Source: the human T2T-CHM13v2.0 reference genome, Homo sapiens | Assembly (NCBI RefSeq): GCF_009914755.1 | Contig: NC_060931.1 | Strand: one strand, 5' to 3' | DNA: 64,000 nt | Shown: piece after piece, positions 37,341-50,711 of the stretch | Layout: each line of letters begins with the position of its first letter | Position numbering within the stretch: position 1 is the stretch's first letter | Made by a program: the position numbers and the translations under genes | Notes under the pieces: generated by a model | What the model was told of the DNA's origin: nothing | Database searches by the model: none | Seen by the model: the letters and a program-made list of their open reading frames with translations, nothing else

Positions 37341-38926
37341 GGTCTCCCTCTGATGCTGAGCGGAAGCTGGACTGTACTGCTGCCATCTCGGCTCACTGCA
37401 GCCTCCCTGCCTGATTCTCCTCACTCCTGCCCAGTGCCTGCGATTGCAGGCACGCGCCGCCAGGCCTGACTGGTTTTCGTATATTTTTGGTGGAGACGGG
37501 GTTTCGCTGTGTTGGCCGGGTCGGTCTCCAGCTCCTAACCGCTAGTGATCCGCCAGCCTCGGCCTCCCGAGGTGCCGGGATTGCAGACGGAGTCTCGTTC
37601 ACTCAGTGCTCAATGGTGCCCAGGCTGGAATGCAGTGGCGTGATCTCGGCTCGCTACAACCTCCACCTCCCAGCCGCCTGCCTTGGCCTCCCAAAATGCC
37701 GAGATTGCAGCTTCTGCCCGGCCGCCACCCCGTCTGGGAAGTGAGGAGCATCTCTGCCTGGCCGCCCATTGTCTGGGATGTGAGGAGCCCCTCTGCCTGG
37801 CTGCCCAGTCTGGAAAGTGAGGAGCGTCTCTGCCCGGCCGCCATCCCATCTAGGAAGTGAGGAGCGCCTCTTCCCGGCCGCCATCACATCTAGGAAGTGA
37901 GGAGCGTCTCTGCCCGGCCGCCCATCGTCTGAGATGTGGGGACTGCCTCTGCCCCTCCGCCCCGTCTGGGATGTGAGGAGCGCCTCTGCCCGGCCTCGAC
38001 CCCGTCTGGGAGGTGAGGAGCGTCTCTGCCCGGCCACCCTGTCTGAGAAGTGAGGAGACCCTCTGCCTGGCAACCGCCCCGTCTGAGAAGTGAGGAGCCC
38101 CTCCGCCCGGCAGCCACCCCGTCTGGGAAGTGAGGAGCCCCTCCGCCCGGCAGCCACCCTGTCCGGGAGGGAGGTGGGGGGGTCAGCCCCCCGCCCGGCC
38201 AGCCGCCCCGTCCGGGAGGGAGGTGGGGGGGTCAGCCCCCCGCCCGGCCAGCCGCCCCGTCCGGGAGGGAGGTGGGGGGGTCAGCCCCCTGCCCGGCCAG
38301 CCGCCCCGTCCGGGAGGTGAGGGGCGCCTCTGCCCGGCCGCCCCTACTGGGAAGTGAGGAGCCCCTCTGCCAGGCCACCACCCCGTCTGGGAGGTGTGCC
38401 CAACAGCTCATTGAGAACGGGCCATGATGACAATGGCGGTTTTGTGGAATAGAAACGGGGGAAAGGTGGGGAAAAGATTGAGAAATCGGATGGTTGCCGT
38501 GTCTGTGTAGAAAGAAGTAGACATGGGAGACTTTTCATTTTGTTCTGTACTAAGAAAAATTCTTCTGCCTTGGGATCCTGTTGATCTGTGACCTTACCCC
38601 CAACCCTGTGCTCTCTGAAACATGTGCTGTGTCCACTCAGGGTTAAATGGATTAAGGGCGGTGCAAGATGTGCTTTGTTAAACAGATGCTTGAAGGCAGC
38701 ATGCTCGTTAAGAGTCATCACCACTCCCTAATCTCAAGTACCCAGGGACACAAACACTGCGGAAGGCCGCAGGGTCCTCTGCCTAGGAAAACCAGAGACC
38801 TTTGTTCACTTGTTTATCTGCTGACCTTCCCTCCACTATTGTCCTATGACCCTGCCAAATCCCCCTCTGCGAGAAACACCCAAGAATGATCAATAAAAAA
38901 TAAATAAATAAATAAATAAATAAATA
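37341..38926 (+). mobile_element. SVA retrotransposon (SVA_D-like), lacking the 5' CCCTCT hexamer
   Basis: Alu-like domain (~37341-37710), GC-rich VNTR (~37710-38400), SINE-R (~38400-38890) ending GAGAAACACCCAAGAATGATCAATAAA, then a (TAAA)n tail. Confidence 0.97.
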
Positions 38927-39438
38927 AGAAATTCTTGAGATTAAATAAATCTAAAGAGGACAAAAAAAAAAAAAGTTTGAGACCAGCCTGGACAACATGG
39001 TAAAACCTCATCTCTACTAAAATAGAAAAAATTAGCTGGGCATGGTGGTTCATGCCTGTAGTCCCAGCTACTCAGGAGGCTGAGGCACAAGAATTGCTTG
39101 AACCTTAGAAGCGGAGGTTGCAGTGAGCTTGAACCCTGGAAGCGGAGGTTGCAGTGAGCTTGAACCCTGGGAGCAGAGGTTGCAATCACGCCACCACACT
39201 CCAGCCTGAGCAACAGAAAGAGACTCTATCTCCAAAAAAGAAAAACAAAAAAAGAAATTCCCTCTTTACTACACTCATTATATGTGTTTGGAAATAGGAC
39301 ACAAACCTTATCTGTATAAGGAACTTGCATTTTAAGTAGCAAACTAACTCAAGATCCTCAATAGAAATATGTGCTCAATCCTTCAACATGAAAAAAAAAA
39401 AAAGCCAATCCTTTAAAAAAAAAAAAAAAAAAAAAAAA
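38927..39438 (+). other. SVA-mediated 3' transduction (partial Alu, unique sequence, poly(A) tracts)
   Basis: The TSD GAAACTGCAC(A/C)ATT (37327-37340 and 39439-39452) encloses the SVA plus this segment, which ends in a ~24-nt poly(A). Confidence 0.88.
38975..39255 (+). mobile_element. 5'-truncated AluS with an internal 31-bp triplication, inside the transduction
   Basis: Starts at AGTTTGAGACCAGCC. GCTTGAACC...GGAGGTTGCAGTGA is repeated at 39096, 39127 and 39158. Confidence 0.85.
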
Positions 39439-41074
39439 GAAACTGCACCATTAAATAAAAGCCTTGCAAACATCAGTGTGGCTCCCTCTCAATGCCCTGC
39501 TTTTTTTGCTTTTTGAGCCAGAGGCAAACAGTGCTGCAGTGTTTACAGTTTTGTATTTAACATTTTATTCTGAGTTTCCATTTTTAAACTAGGATTTTCA
39601 ACTCTTATCTTACTTTAGAAAATTAGCATTATATTCTTTGGAGATTTAAACAATTTTGTAACCATTTTTTTCATGTTGTTCGCGAAACTTAGTATTCTAG
39701 GAGAACTGCCAACCATTTAAAAATGTTTTTCCAAGGTGGTTTAAATAATTATTAAAAATTATTTGATGCATAAAATAAAATCTTCCTATCTAGTGCAATT
39801 CCCAGATGCTAGATGATTGTCTTTTCCAGAAAAATAGCTTGTGAGTGAGAAAAACCATGGAGGCACCTCCATGGCAGGGGATAAGATGGGCAGAAACCAT
39901 GTCTCTTTTGTTTAATAAATTGCATCTTGAACAGCTGAATAGTACCTGACACTTGATGCATTTCTGTTGAACAACTGAGTGAACAAATGAATTCTAGTAT
40001 CGGGGAAGTCGGTTATTGGTTCTAGATTTTGTAAACATGGTGCATCTCACCAGCAAAGAACGGAAGAGAATTGGGGAAATACATAGCTATTCTTTATCTT
40101 TTGCTGAGATACTTCCTCCAAATTTCTTTTCACTGAGTATTGGGGCCAATTTTCTAATTTCAAACTCTATTTACTACAGCAGAGGGCAGGAGGATGGCAA
40201 GTTCTAGACATTTAAATGAGCAAATAATTAAGCTTTTCTGCAGGCTTGTAGTTTAAGCACTTGAAGCAGACAATTTGAAGCGCTACCATGGGAACTCCTA
40301 TCCAGCTATTTGCCCAATTCTTCTCCTGGATGTCTCCAATGTCAAAGTGCTTAAATCTGAATACTTCCTTTTTCCCTAACTACACTTCCTTTTCCCCTGA
40401 GTACTCTTTCCTGGTCTGCTTTATGTGTCTTAGTGAGAACTAGTATTTACCAGCCACCCCAGCCAGAAACCAGGAGTTACTAGACTCCTCTTTCTTTCTC
40501 ACCTTCTAGAGCCAATTAATTGCCTAATCCTTGTTAATGCATTAAAAACAGGATCACCACTAGTTGTGTCCAGAAATATCACTGGGGTGGATGAAAGTGG
40601 GAAGAACAGGCAAAGAACTTGGTAGGTGTAGAAGAGGTGGCTTCCTTTGGAAGAGTCTTAAAATGTGGCCTCCATTTTCATGATAGTTGTTAAAAGATTA
40701 TGATCAACTTTTAGAGGAAACAATGTGAAGTCAAGACCCTGATATTACAAAGTAGTTGGAGTGATGGGCCTCTTTTACTTGTAATATTTCTTAAGTAGCC
40801 ACTGACAGAAACATATACTATGTCATAGGTTTATCATCTCTCTCTTTTAACCTCATATAGTTAAATTTTGTGTTTTTGTTTTCAGCAGTGAAAATATTTA
40901 AGATGTACTCTCCTGGCAAATTCAATTATATATTATTACTAACTTTGCTAGAATCTCTTTATTAGACTTTTATGCCTCTAGTCCTACTTATTTCAATTCT
41001 TTCCCCATCTTGATGTCAGAGTCATCCTTCTGAAACTAAATTTGCATTTATTATTGGCTCAAAAACCTTTAGTG

Positions 41075-42385
41075 ATAGCACTTGACAACCACTAGGGTGG
41101 CTAGAATAAAAAAAGTCTGATAATAACAAGAGTTGGTGAAGTTCTGAAAAATTGGAACTCTTACACACTGCTGGCAGGAATGTAAATTGGTGCATTCACT
41201 TTGGAAAACAGTCTGGCAGTTCCTCAAATGATTAAATGTAGGGTTACCATATGACCTAGCAGCTCCAACCCCAGGTAGATACCCAGAAGTTACAAAGTCT
41301 GTCCACAAATAAGTTGGTACACACATATTTATGGTAGCATTCATCATAATAGTCAAAACATGGAAACAACGTAAGTGTCCATCAATAGACAAATGGATAA
41401 ACAAAATGTGCTATATCCAAAAAATAGAATATTACTTGGGCATAAAAATGAAATATGCGTACTACAACATGGATGAACCTTGAAATCGTTATGCTAAGTA
41501 AAAGAACCCAGTCACAAAAAACCACATATTATTTGATTCCATTCCTATGAAATGTTGTGGAGGAAAAGTTAAATATTAAATTTGAACTCAATTGAATGTG
41601 GACACAAACAGTGGTCACCAAGTCCCAGAATAGGTTGTGTGAGCCCCTTGAGGCATTCATCCTGTGCTGTTTTGGAAAAATCTCTATTTCAATCTATTCC
41701 TATATGTTAGTTACTGAAAAAACAATAGACAATCACAAAAACAAGTTGACCTTTTTTGTTCCTTGAGCCCAGTCGTGAAGGGCCCTCATGGCTGGGCCTC
41801 ATGCCAAACAACTAGTTACAAAAAGAGTTAGGGTCCCAGACTGCACCGAAGCTTCATGAGACCTCTCCTTGTCTGTGCACGGACGGGAGGCCAACTCTGG
41901 AGCCCAGGCTGTTGCTTCCCAGTCTGGTGGTGAATCCTCCATAGTCTGATGAGTGTAAATATATATATAATACATATATTTAGTGTAAATATATATATAT
42001 CTTTTTCCTTCTCCCCTTCCCATTGCAATTTGCTTATTATATCATTTGCTTATTATATCTGCATTGCCATTTACATGGGATAAAGGTTGTTTACCCCTAA
42101 ACATATTGTTTTTGTGTCTTTTCTTCTCCCCTCGTGCATTTCCCACACAGAACAAATGTCCAGAACAGATAAATCTATAGAGACAAAGTAGGCTAGTGGT
42201 TGTTTAGGGCTAGTGGAAGACATAGGCTGTGAGATTTCTTTTTGACATGATGAAAACCTAAAATGGACTGGTGATGGTTCCACATATGTGTAAATAAACT
42301 AAAAATCAATGAATTGTACACTTTAAATGGGTGAATCATAGGTATGTGAATTATATCTCAATAAAGCTGTTAAATGAAAATTTAA
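41075..42385 (+). mobile_element. L1MB-type 3' end split by an LTR
   Basis: ORF2 C-terminal and 3'UTR motifs (TTGGAAAACAGTCTGGCAGTTCCTCAAA, GTGAATTATATCTCAATAAAGCTGTT). Confidence 0.8.
41556..42154 (+). mobile_element. ERV solo LTR (5-bp TSD suggests ERVL class; subfamily uncertain)
   Basis: TG...CA termini with TSD AATGT (41551-41555, 42155-42159). Internal TTTGCTTATTATATC repeats. Host L1 resumes after the TSD. Confidence 0.8.
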
Positions 42386-42534
42386 AATAACTTTAGTGAC
42401 TTACACAATAAAATCTAAACTAGTCCCACTCCACTCTGCCCTCTGTGCAGAGTCTCAGGCTCAAAAATCTCTCCGCACTGTACTCCACAAATTATGAAGT
42501 CCATCCTGACTCAATGTTTTGTCCACACGCTAAC

Positions 42535-42972
42535 TGATAGAGTTTGAATATTTGTGTCCTCCAAATCTTATGTTGAAATTTGATCACCATTGTTAGAGGT
42601 GAGGACTGGTGGGAGGTGTTTGGATCATGAGGGTGGATCCCTTATGAATGGGTTGGTGCCATCATTGAGGTAATGAGTGAGCTCTTGCTCTGTTAGTTCC
42701 CATGAGATCTGATTGTTAAAAAGAACATAGCACTTTCCTTCCCTCTCTCAATCTCTGTCCCTCTCCTTCTCCTCCTCCTTTCTTGCCATGTGACAAATCT
42801 GCTCCCACTTTGTCTTCTGCCATGATTGGAAGCTTCCTGAGGCCTTACCAGGAGCAGATACTGGTGCCATGCTTCTTTTGCAGCCTGCAGAACTGTAAGC
42901 CAAATATACTTCTTTTCTTTGTAATAACCCAGCCTCAGGTACTCTTCTATAGCAACACAAATGAACTAAGAC
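42535..42972 (+). mobile_element. MST-type MaLR LTR
   Basis: TGATAGAGTTTGAATATTTGTGTCC...GCCTGCAGAACTGTAAGCCAAATATAC...GAACTAAGACA. Confidence 0.85.
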
Positions 42973-43168
42973 ACTGTCCCTGATGCTCCAGACTGCTCCA
43001 TGTGTGCAACTGACTCCTGCTCATGCTGCAGCTTCCTTTGGTCAGAATGTCTTTCCCAGTGGCCCTTTTCTTCTGAGGTCTGCCAAGCAAACACCTACTC
43101 ATCTTCCAAGTCTAGTCACTAGTCACCTACATTTCAAAACTTTATGCAACCACATGAATGTGTCATGA

Positions 43169-43658
<490 letters not shown>

Positions 43659-45436
43659 ACTGTATTATTTTTATTCTACATCTTCTACTTGCTTGATTCT
43701 GGAGCTGCACACACTTGCTAGCCCTTATCTTCCACATACCATACCCAAATCAGAGCTTATTGCAAGAGCACAGGTCAGACAGGCCTATCTTGGCCTCACA
43801 CTTATACCCTGCCCCTGCTGCTCTGTGGTCCTGCGTGTTCTCATGGTTGCAGAGACTCTCTTTCCAGATTATTTCTCCAAATGCTGAGCCCAAATATTGA
43901 CCTCTGACCCATGCCACCATGCTTTTGCCTGTGCTGTGCAGCCTGACTGGCCCCCGCTGTCCTTGTACCTCTGGAAGTTGACTGCAGCCTGTGTACTGGA
44001 CTGTGAGCTTTGCCAGGTTTCTCCAGTTTAACTTGAGAGCTCAAACTCCAAATTCTGTTTTGCTTTAAGATGTATGAGACCCAGGTCCCCAGCCGGTGCT
44101 CTGCCTAAGCTGTCCCAATTCAGCTCCTGTTTCTGCCCACCTTGATCAGTCTTATCCCATATTAGCTATATCTCGTATGGTTTCCTCTGACCCTAACCCC
44201 ACCCTCTCCTATCTGCATAGTTTTCTCTTTTACCCCTAAGACTATATTAGATACTCTGCATGCTGACAGCTTCCTATGCATATACCAAGTGCTTATTATA
44301 GCACTTAACAGTCTATCTTGTAATTATTGCTTATCTGTGTGTCTCCCTCTCCCATTGGCCTCTGGACTCATGCTTGTCAACTTTTTCCTACTTGGACATG
44401 TTATAGATAATTTTTATTTGCTGACACACCCCCATTGATTTACCCAGATGGTGAGCTGTAGCAAAGACAAGATAGTGTGTGGATTATTTGTAGTTTATGA
44501 TTTGTAACTCTAGCCCTTTTATTCCTGCTAAATAATGTATATCACAATGACAGTAAATGACTACAAAGTTATAAGGATAATAATCTGTTTTTTATAACAA
44601 ATTTTAAAAAGTAAACATTTCACCAACTTTAGTACTTTCTTATCAATAGCAAATTACTTGTGCTAGCCTTCCAAGATGGCTGTACCACATGACTATGTCA
44701 TTAGGGCATTCTTGCCAGATCCTGAGTTCCTGAGAGCTGGAGTTATATCACATTTATCACTGTAAACCCAGCATCTCACACAGTTCCTGACAATAACAGG
44801 CACTCGGTATATGTTTGTTTAATTGGTGGCTGGTTGATGAATTATAAAATGAGATTAATTTTTAAAATTCACTGGGTTTGCTTAAACACCAGGAGACTGA
44901 GGCTATCTCCAGCTGTGTAAAGGCAGCTTCTAAATCCAGAGTCCTTTAGAATTCGGTATCCTTTTACAATAAAGCCATGATAGCGGTGACTGTCCTGGAG
45001 AAGTAATATACAAAATAGCTAACGGGTTGGTACACTCCTGGAATGTTACTTTTACACACTATGAATGATTTCTAGTCTGGTATTGTGGATGTCTTTTGAG
45101 TATCCATATGTAATTAACAAGGCGAACCCATGAATCTATTTCTCTGCTTTTTGATCAGATGCTCACATCATAGTACTTTTAGGGTGTTATTACTACAAGG
45201 AGCTCACAATTTCAAATAGCACAGTGGAAACCACGTCTGTCTTAGAGATTATGATTCATACTGTGTTCACTACTGTGTTCACTACCTTGCTACTATCTAA
45301 ACTGTGATTTGTCCTAATCACTCTGTTTTGCTGAACCTTTAAAATGGGAGTTGAACAAATAATCTCTAATGTCCTCCTTGACTCTAAAAATCTTGATTCT
45401 AACAAATGTTGGAAGAATTTAGAAATTACCTGGATG

Positions 45437-45784
45437 ATTAATCTGTTCAGACTGCTGTAACAAAATACCATCAACAAGGTGTCTTATAAGCAACAGTAAT
45501 TTCTCACATTTCTGGAGGCTGGGAAGTCCAAGATCAAAGCACCAGCAGATTCCATGTCTGGCAAGGGCCTGTTTCATAGATGGCACCTTCTCATTGTGTT
45601 CTCACATGGTAGAAAAGACGAACTAGGTCTCTTGGGACTCTTTTACAAGGGCACTAATCCCATTCGTGAGACCTCCATTCTTATGACCTAATCTCCTCCC
45701 AAAGGCCCCACTTCATACTGTCACATTGAGGATTAAGTTTCAACATATGAATTTTGAGAGGACACAGACATTCATATCATAGCA
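45437..45784 (-). mobile_element. MLT1A/B MaLR LTR
   Basis: CTGCTGTAACAAAATACCA...TTCTGGAGGCTGGGAAGTCCAAGATCAA...CATAGCA. Confidence 0.8.
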
Positions 45785-46652
45785 CTCCATAAAATGGGAA
45801 TAGAATATTGTAAAGATTGGTCAAGTCTTTCTGTACCCTTCCAAGGAGGAAAGGCTGCTGCCTCAGCCCCCAGAGCACAGGAGATACTGACTTGTTGTCC
45901 ATTCCTATACAAGATGGGTGCCTCGTCTTTTGGGGGAAAAGTGAGGTAATTACAGCCAGGACTCCATATTTACCACATGGCTGTATATATGAATTGTGTC
46001 TTGGGGTAGCTCCATGAAAAGAGCCAGACATGGTACTTTAGGGAAGTGTATTAGGTTTGGATTAGAGTTTAGACCAAGCAGTATCTCTTCTGACATTTAA
46101 GATTCATGAGCCTGTTGGCATCCGCACCAGTATTAACATTTGTGAGGGGGCACCCTGCCTCATTCAAAAGAGTGATGTGATGAGATCTGAGCCTAGTGGG
46201 AAGATTAGCTGTTGAGGGGAGGAGGGATACTTCTTCCATTGCAACAGGTATTGACACAAGCAGGTTTTATACATGGAAGTGAGAAGGTGAGGGAATTTCC
46301 ATCAAATAACATCTCTTTTCTCAGGAAGTATGAGTCAAGTTCATCAAGTATGAATGAAAAGGAGTTGGGGTGTAGAAGTTTTTTGGAGAGGGAGAGGTAG
46401 GAAATAGTTGTCTTAGGGAGTAGAAAAGTGACCTTATTAGATAAACAAAATGGACATTCCAGAAAGTATTGTGTGCCTATTAGAGATTTGTAGTAGTGAC
46501 TTTAAGATTATTTTCCCTAGCATTATTCAAAACACAAGTGGGTATTCAGGTTCAACCAGGGTTTTGTTAGGATAGTACACTGGAAGGAGAGAGCATCCTG
46601 GGAATGATAGTAATGATGGACCATAGCATCTAAGGTTGGAAAAGAGGTAAGT

Positions 46653-46938
46653 GGACCAGGTACAGTGGCTCACGCCTGTAATCCCAGCACTTTGAGAGGT
46701 TGAGGTGGGCAGATCGCCTGAGGTCAGGAGTTCAAGACCAGCCTGGCCAACATGGTGAAACCCCATCTCTACTAAAAATACAAAAAAATTAGCCGAGCAT
46801 GGTGGCGCGTACCTGTAATCCCAGGTGCTCGGGGAATTGCTGGAACCTGGGAGGCAGAGGTTGCAGTGACCCAAGATCGGGCCACTGCACTCCAGCCTGG
46901 GTGACAGAACGAGACTCTGTCTCAAAAAAAAAAAAAGA
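46653..46938 (+). mobile_element. AluS with a short right-arm deletion
   Basis: Sense Alu. TSD AAAGAGGTAA(G/A)TG. Surrounded by purine-rich L2-like sequence. Confidence 0.93.
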
Positions 46939-49570
46939 GGTAAATGAAGACAGGAGTTGTGTGTATGTCAGCAATAGATAGATGGTGGTCTAGTTGGAAA
47001 AGTGTAGCAGTGGAGCAAGTGGTTAATAGAATAAATAAGCTCAAAGAAATAGAAGGTGGTGATCAGAAATGGGATGTTTGAAACTGAGATTATGGAAGTG
47101 ATAATGACAGGACCCACAGTGTTGTTATGGGAATGGCTGGCTGAGACTGTAAAAGAAACAGTCTTGAAATTCAGGTGGTTAGGAAATTGAAACACTGGGG
47201 TGTGTGATGGATCAACCACGTGGGTGTTGTCCTCACTAAAAATGATGACAGAGTGGGGGTGATAAGGAAGACTCTGGTCTAGAATCCAGGATCTAATCCT
47301 GTCAAAGAAAGAAGGGGAGTAACCGAAAGATAAAATGGTAGCATTGAGGGGGTAGAGCGGCTGGTATAGCTGGCCAGTATGAGTTTCAGAACTTTAGCAG
47401 GAAGCTCTATAGGAAGGAAGAAAAAAGATTTGAAGTTGCAATGGGAAACATGAAGGATAATTCACCTTCTAACCCTTGTGTATGTGAGATGCTGGGTAGG
47501 GTGTGTGGGCGGGGTGGGGAGGTTGCAGTGACTGGCCTCTATTTGAGAAGGTTGCAGAGGAAGCAATGTTCTTAGGAGATATTTAAGGCAAGGGGAGAAA
47601 GGAGTGTTCAGAGAAGCTATTAAAGATACAGAGTAATTTATTGATTAGGAATATTAGAAAACACAAGACGAACATTTGGAAGGGAAGGTGGGGTGGAGTG
47701 CTGAGACCAGATTTAGGCACATACCAGAGTGGGGAAAACTGATGACTATGGAGGAGCTACATACTTAAAAGAAAGATAGAATCAAATATATGAAGTATCC
47801 ACCCAGAATGGCCAAGAGGGTCTCAGGACACTTTTCTTAGTGATAAGGCATCTCAGGAGCTTTCCTTTTCTGAACATTAAAATTGTGGAGGCTTTCAGTT
47901 GAGAGGAGGAGTAAAGCAAGCCTCTGAGGTCCAAACCTATATTCAAGTTATAATTATGAACTTACAGTTCAGGTAGACCTTTTTAATAACTGTACTGTAG
48001 AAACAGCTGAGCTCAGAAACAGAGAAGGCATTGGCAACTGGGGACTATCTAATGATGCATGATAACTGCTTGATAAGTGAAAAATCACTGTTTTTTTCCC
48101 CCTTCACCAGAAGTTCTTTACCTGGTCTAGGTTTTCTGGAGAGAAAATTAATAACTTTCATTAAATTCTCAAAGTAATCCTTGAGCCCCAAAAGATTACC
48201 AGTCACTGATCTACATGATCCATTGAACATTGGGTGAATTTCTCTTTTTCTGAATTAATTGAAATTTATACTGGATTTCCCAAGCTTTTTATCACCACTT
48301 GAACAAAAACTTTAATCTTTAGTTACATAATTGAGTTATCTGTAAACTCTTGTTATAGTATAATGAAAAATACTATACAGAGGAACCTTAGTAATTTTCC
48401 ACAATTACTAAGAGAGAATTTGCAATGTATTGCACTTCATAAATCAGTGAACAAATAAACAGAGACATGGTAAACAGGCAAGGGTATGCTGTTCCTGCGA
48501 ATACTCTTGATTGCATAATAAAAAAGTCGTTATGAACTATATGGGATGTGCATTACTGGTTTGAATAGTACTCTACAGAACAAACAAACACCTCATTAAC
48601 AGACTTCATTGGAATTGGTGATAATTCTGACCTGCAGAATGGGTTTATCTTTGCATTAAAAAATGTGTTTGATATAGATATCAATCATGTAAATAAGGGA
48701 AGCAGATAGTTTATTCTAATGAAGTCCCTAGTCCAACAAACTATTTTCAAGCATTTGGACAACCACACTTAGAGTATTTGAATAATGCCAATGAATATGT
48801 TAATGAATTATTTATTAAAGAACTAAGAATGTTTTTCTTTTTTTTCGTATTTATTCACTCGTGAACAACTTCAAAGAACTGCAACTCTGCTTCACTCTCC
48901 AGAGTCAGCGATGTGACTGCAGGCCTGCATACTCTGAGCCTCAGACATACCCTCCCGCCAGTCAACATCAATTTCTTACATTTAATCCAATACTAGGTTT
49001 TTCTTTCCTCTCCAATCCATAGATATCAAAATAGACAGGAATTCTAGTCTCAGAGACTATTTGAACACAGATACTTAGGCTTGTGAGTTATTGAAACTAG
49101 TAATTTTCTTTGGTTTGTGATAATTTCAGGTGACTTGAAATAATCAAATGATGGTTGAAAAAACTGAAGTTTTAAGATAAGGATTCATTTTTCTATTCTT
49201 AGAACAATGGAAAATAAATAAACTTATATAATATCATAAGTAAAAATAAAATCTGAAATACAAGTATGAAACTACCTCTGTAACATGAGCTAGATTGTAA
49301 ATCCCGTGACAGTAGGGGTCATATTTGTCTATATCCTGAACACCTAGCACAGGGCCTGGCTTATTGTGGGCACTCGGCAAATATTTTCTATAGTGGATGA
49401 CTAAAATAGAATAAATAATTGACCTATTTTTGATGAATAGAAAATATTAGTAGTTTGGGGAAACATGGTTATAAGTCTTTTTTTTGTAACTCAAAGTACG
49501 TAGTTAAGGACATATTTAAATTAACTTAGTGTATAGAATTAGAGGGCTTTCTGACTGGTGTGTATATTCT

Positions 49571-49988
49571 TTTTTAAGAAACTTTTGTGGGTACATAGTA
49601 ATTGCATATATTTATGGGGGACACGAGATGTTTTGATACAGGCATGCAATGTGAAGCACATCATGGAGAATGGGGTATCCATTGCCTCAAGTATTTATCC
49701 TTTGAATTACAAACAATCCAGTTTTAAAATATGAAAGTTATTAAAGTATACAATTAAGTTATTATTGACTGTAGTCACTGTGTTGTGCTATCAAATAGTA
49801 GGTCTTATTCATTCTTTCTAGCTATTTTTTTGGTACCCAGAAACCATCCCCACCTTCCTTACCCCCACCCTCCCACTAACCTTCCTGGCCTCTGGTAACC
49901 ATCCTTCTACTCTCTATGTCCATAAGTTCAATTGTTTTGATTTTTAGATCCCACAAATAAATGTGACATGCAATATTTGTCTTTCTGT
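49571..49988 (-). mobile_element. L1MA-type 3' end
   Basis: TTTGTGGGTACATAGTA...TTTTGATACAGGCATGCAATGTG signature. Degenerate TSD TGGTGTG(T/C)AT(A/T)TTCT. Confidence 0.8.
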
Positions 49989-50711
49989 TGGTGTGCATTT
50001 TCTGATCCAATTGTAGATGATCAGCAACTAGCATAACAATCCTTTAGTCACTTACATATGGTTGCAGAAATACCAAATAGTGAAGTAAATCATGGTGCAC
50101 CAACTGGATTTTATATCCAAAAATCTTATGAAAAATAGAAATAATCTATTACAAGTTTATTTCAAGGAAGAATAAGGGAGAAATGCGTTTAGGCTTTAGT
50201 TGTTAGGAATAAAAACCTTAAATACATTTTTCTTCTTATTTGCATTAATTGCATCTGCAACTTGGAGCCATAGGCAATTGCTTAAAGACAACATTTTCTT
50301 ATATAATATTGGCAGAATTTACAATTTGTTGTATTTCTCAGTGTTGGTAGAGTCCATATTCCCGTGACTTCTTTTCCTTGTTTGTGTGGATTTCATTAAC
50401 AGAAATGTTTTTGGAAAATTTCCACAGTAAGCATTTAATACTAAATGAAAAAAATTAAAAAGTGATAAAGAAAAATGATCTTGTGGTTCATTTTTATACT
50501 TGAATGTTCTGGTTCATTCATTTAGCAAATATTTATTGAGCATGTACTCTGTGCTGGGTACTGTCCCAGAACTGTGGATACAGACAGACACAGTGAAGAC
50601 CAAGCTCCTGCTTTTGCAGCATTCACATCCTAGAGTAGAAGAGTCAGCCCTGATGGAGAGTGCTTACTTGGTGCCAGGCATACTTCTAGTACATCACACA
50701 CATATATTATT

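Noticed and set aside
37710-38400. Regularly spaced repeats resembling a CRISPR array
   Set aside because: Tandem VNTR units with no unique spacers, no cas genes, and a primate genomic context.
37393-38889. Cluster of overlapping ORFs of up to 167 aa
   Set aside because: Produced by the stop-poor GC-rich SVA VNTR and Alu-like domains; SVA is non-coding.
39855-39874. Palindrome CCATGGAGG-CA-CCTCCATGG
   Set aside because: Only 9-bp arms, isolated, with no supporting context.
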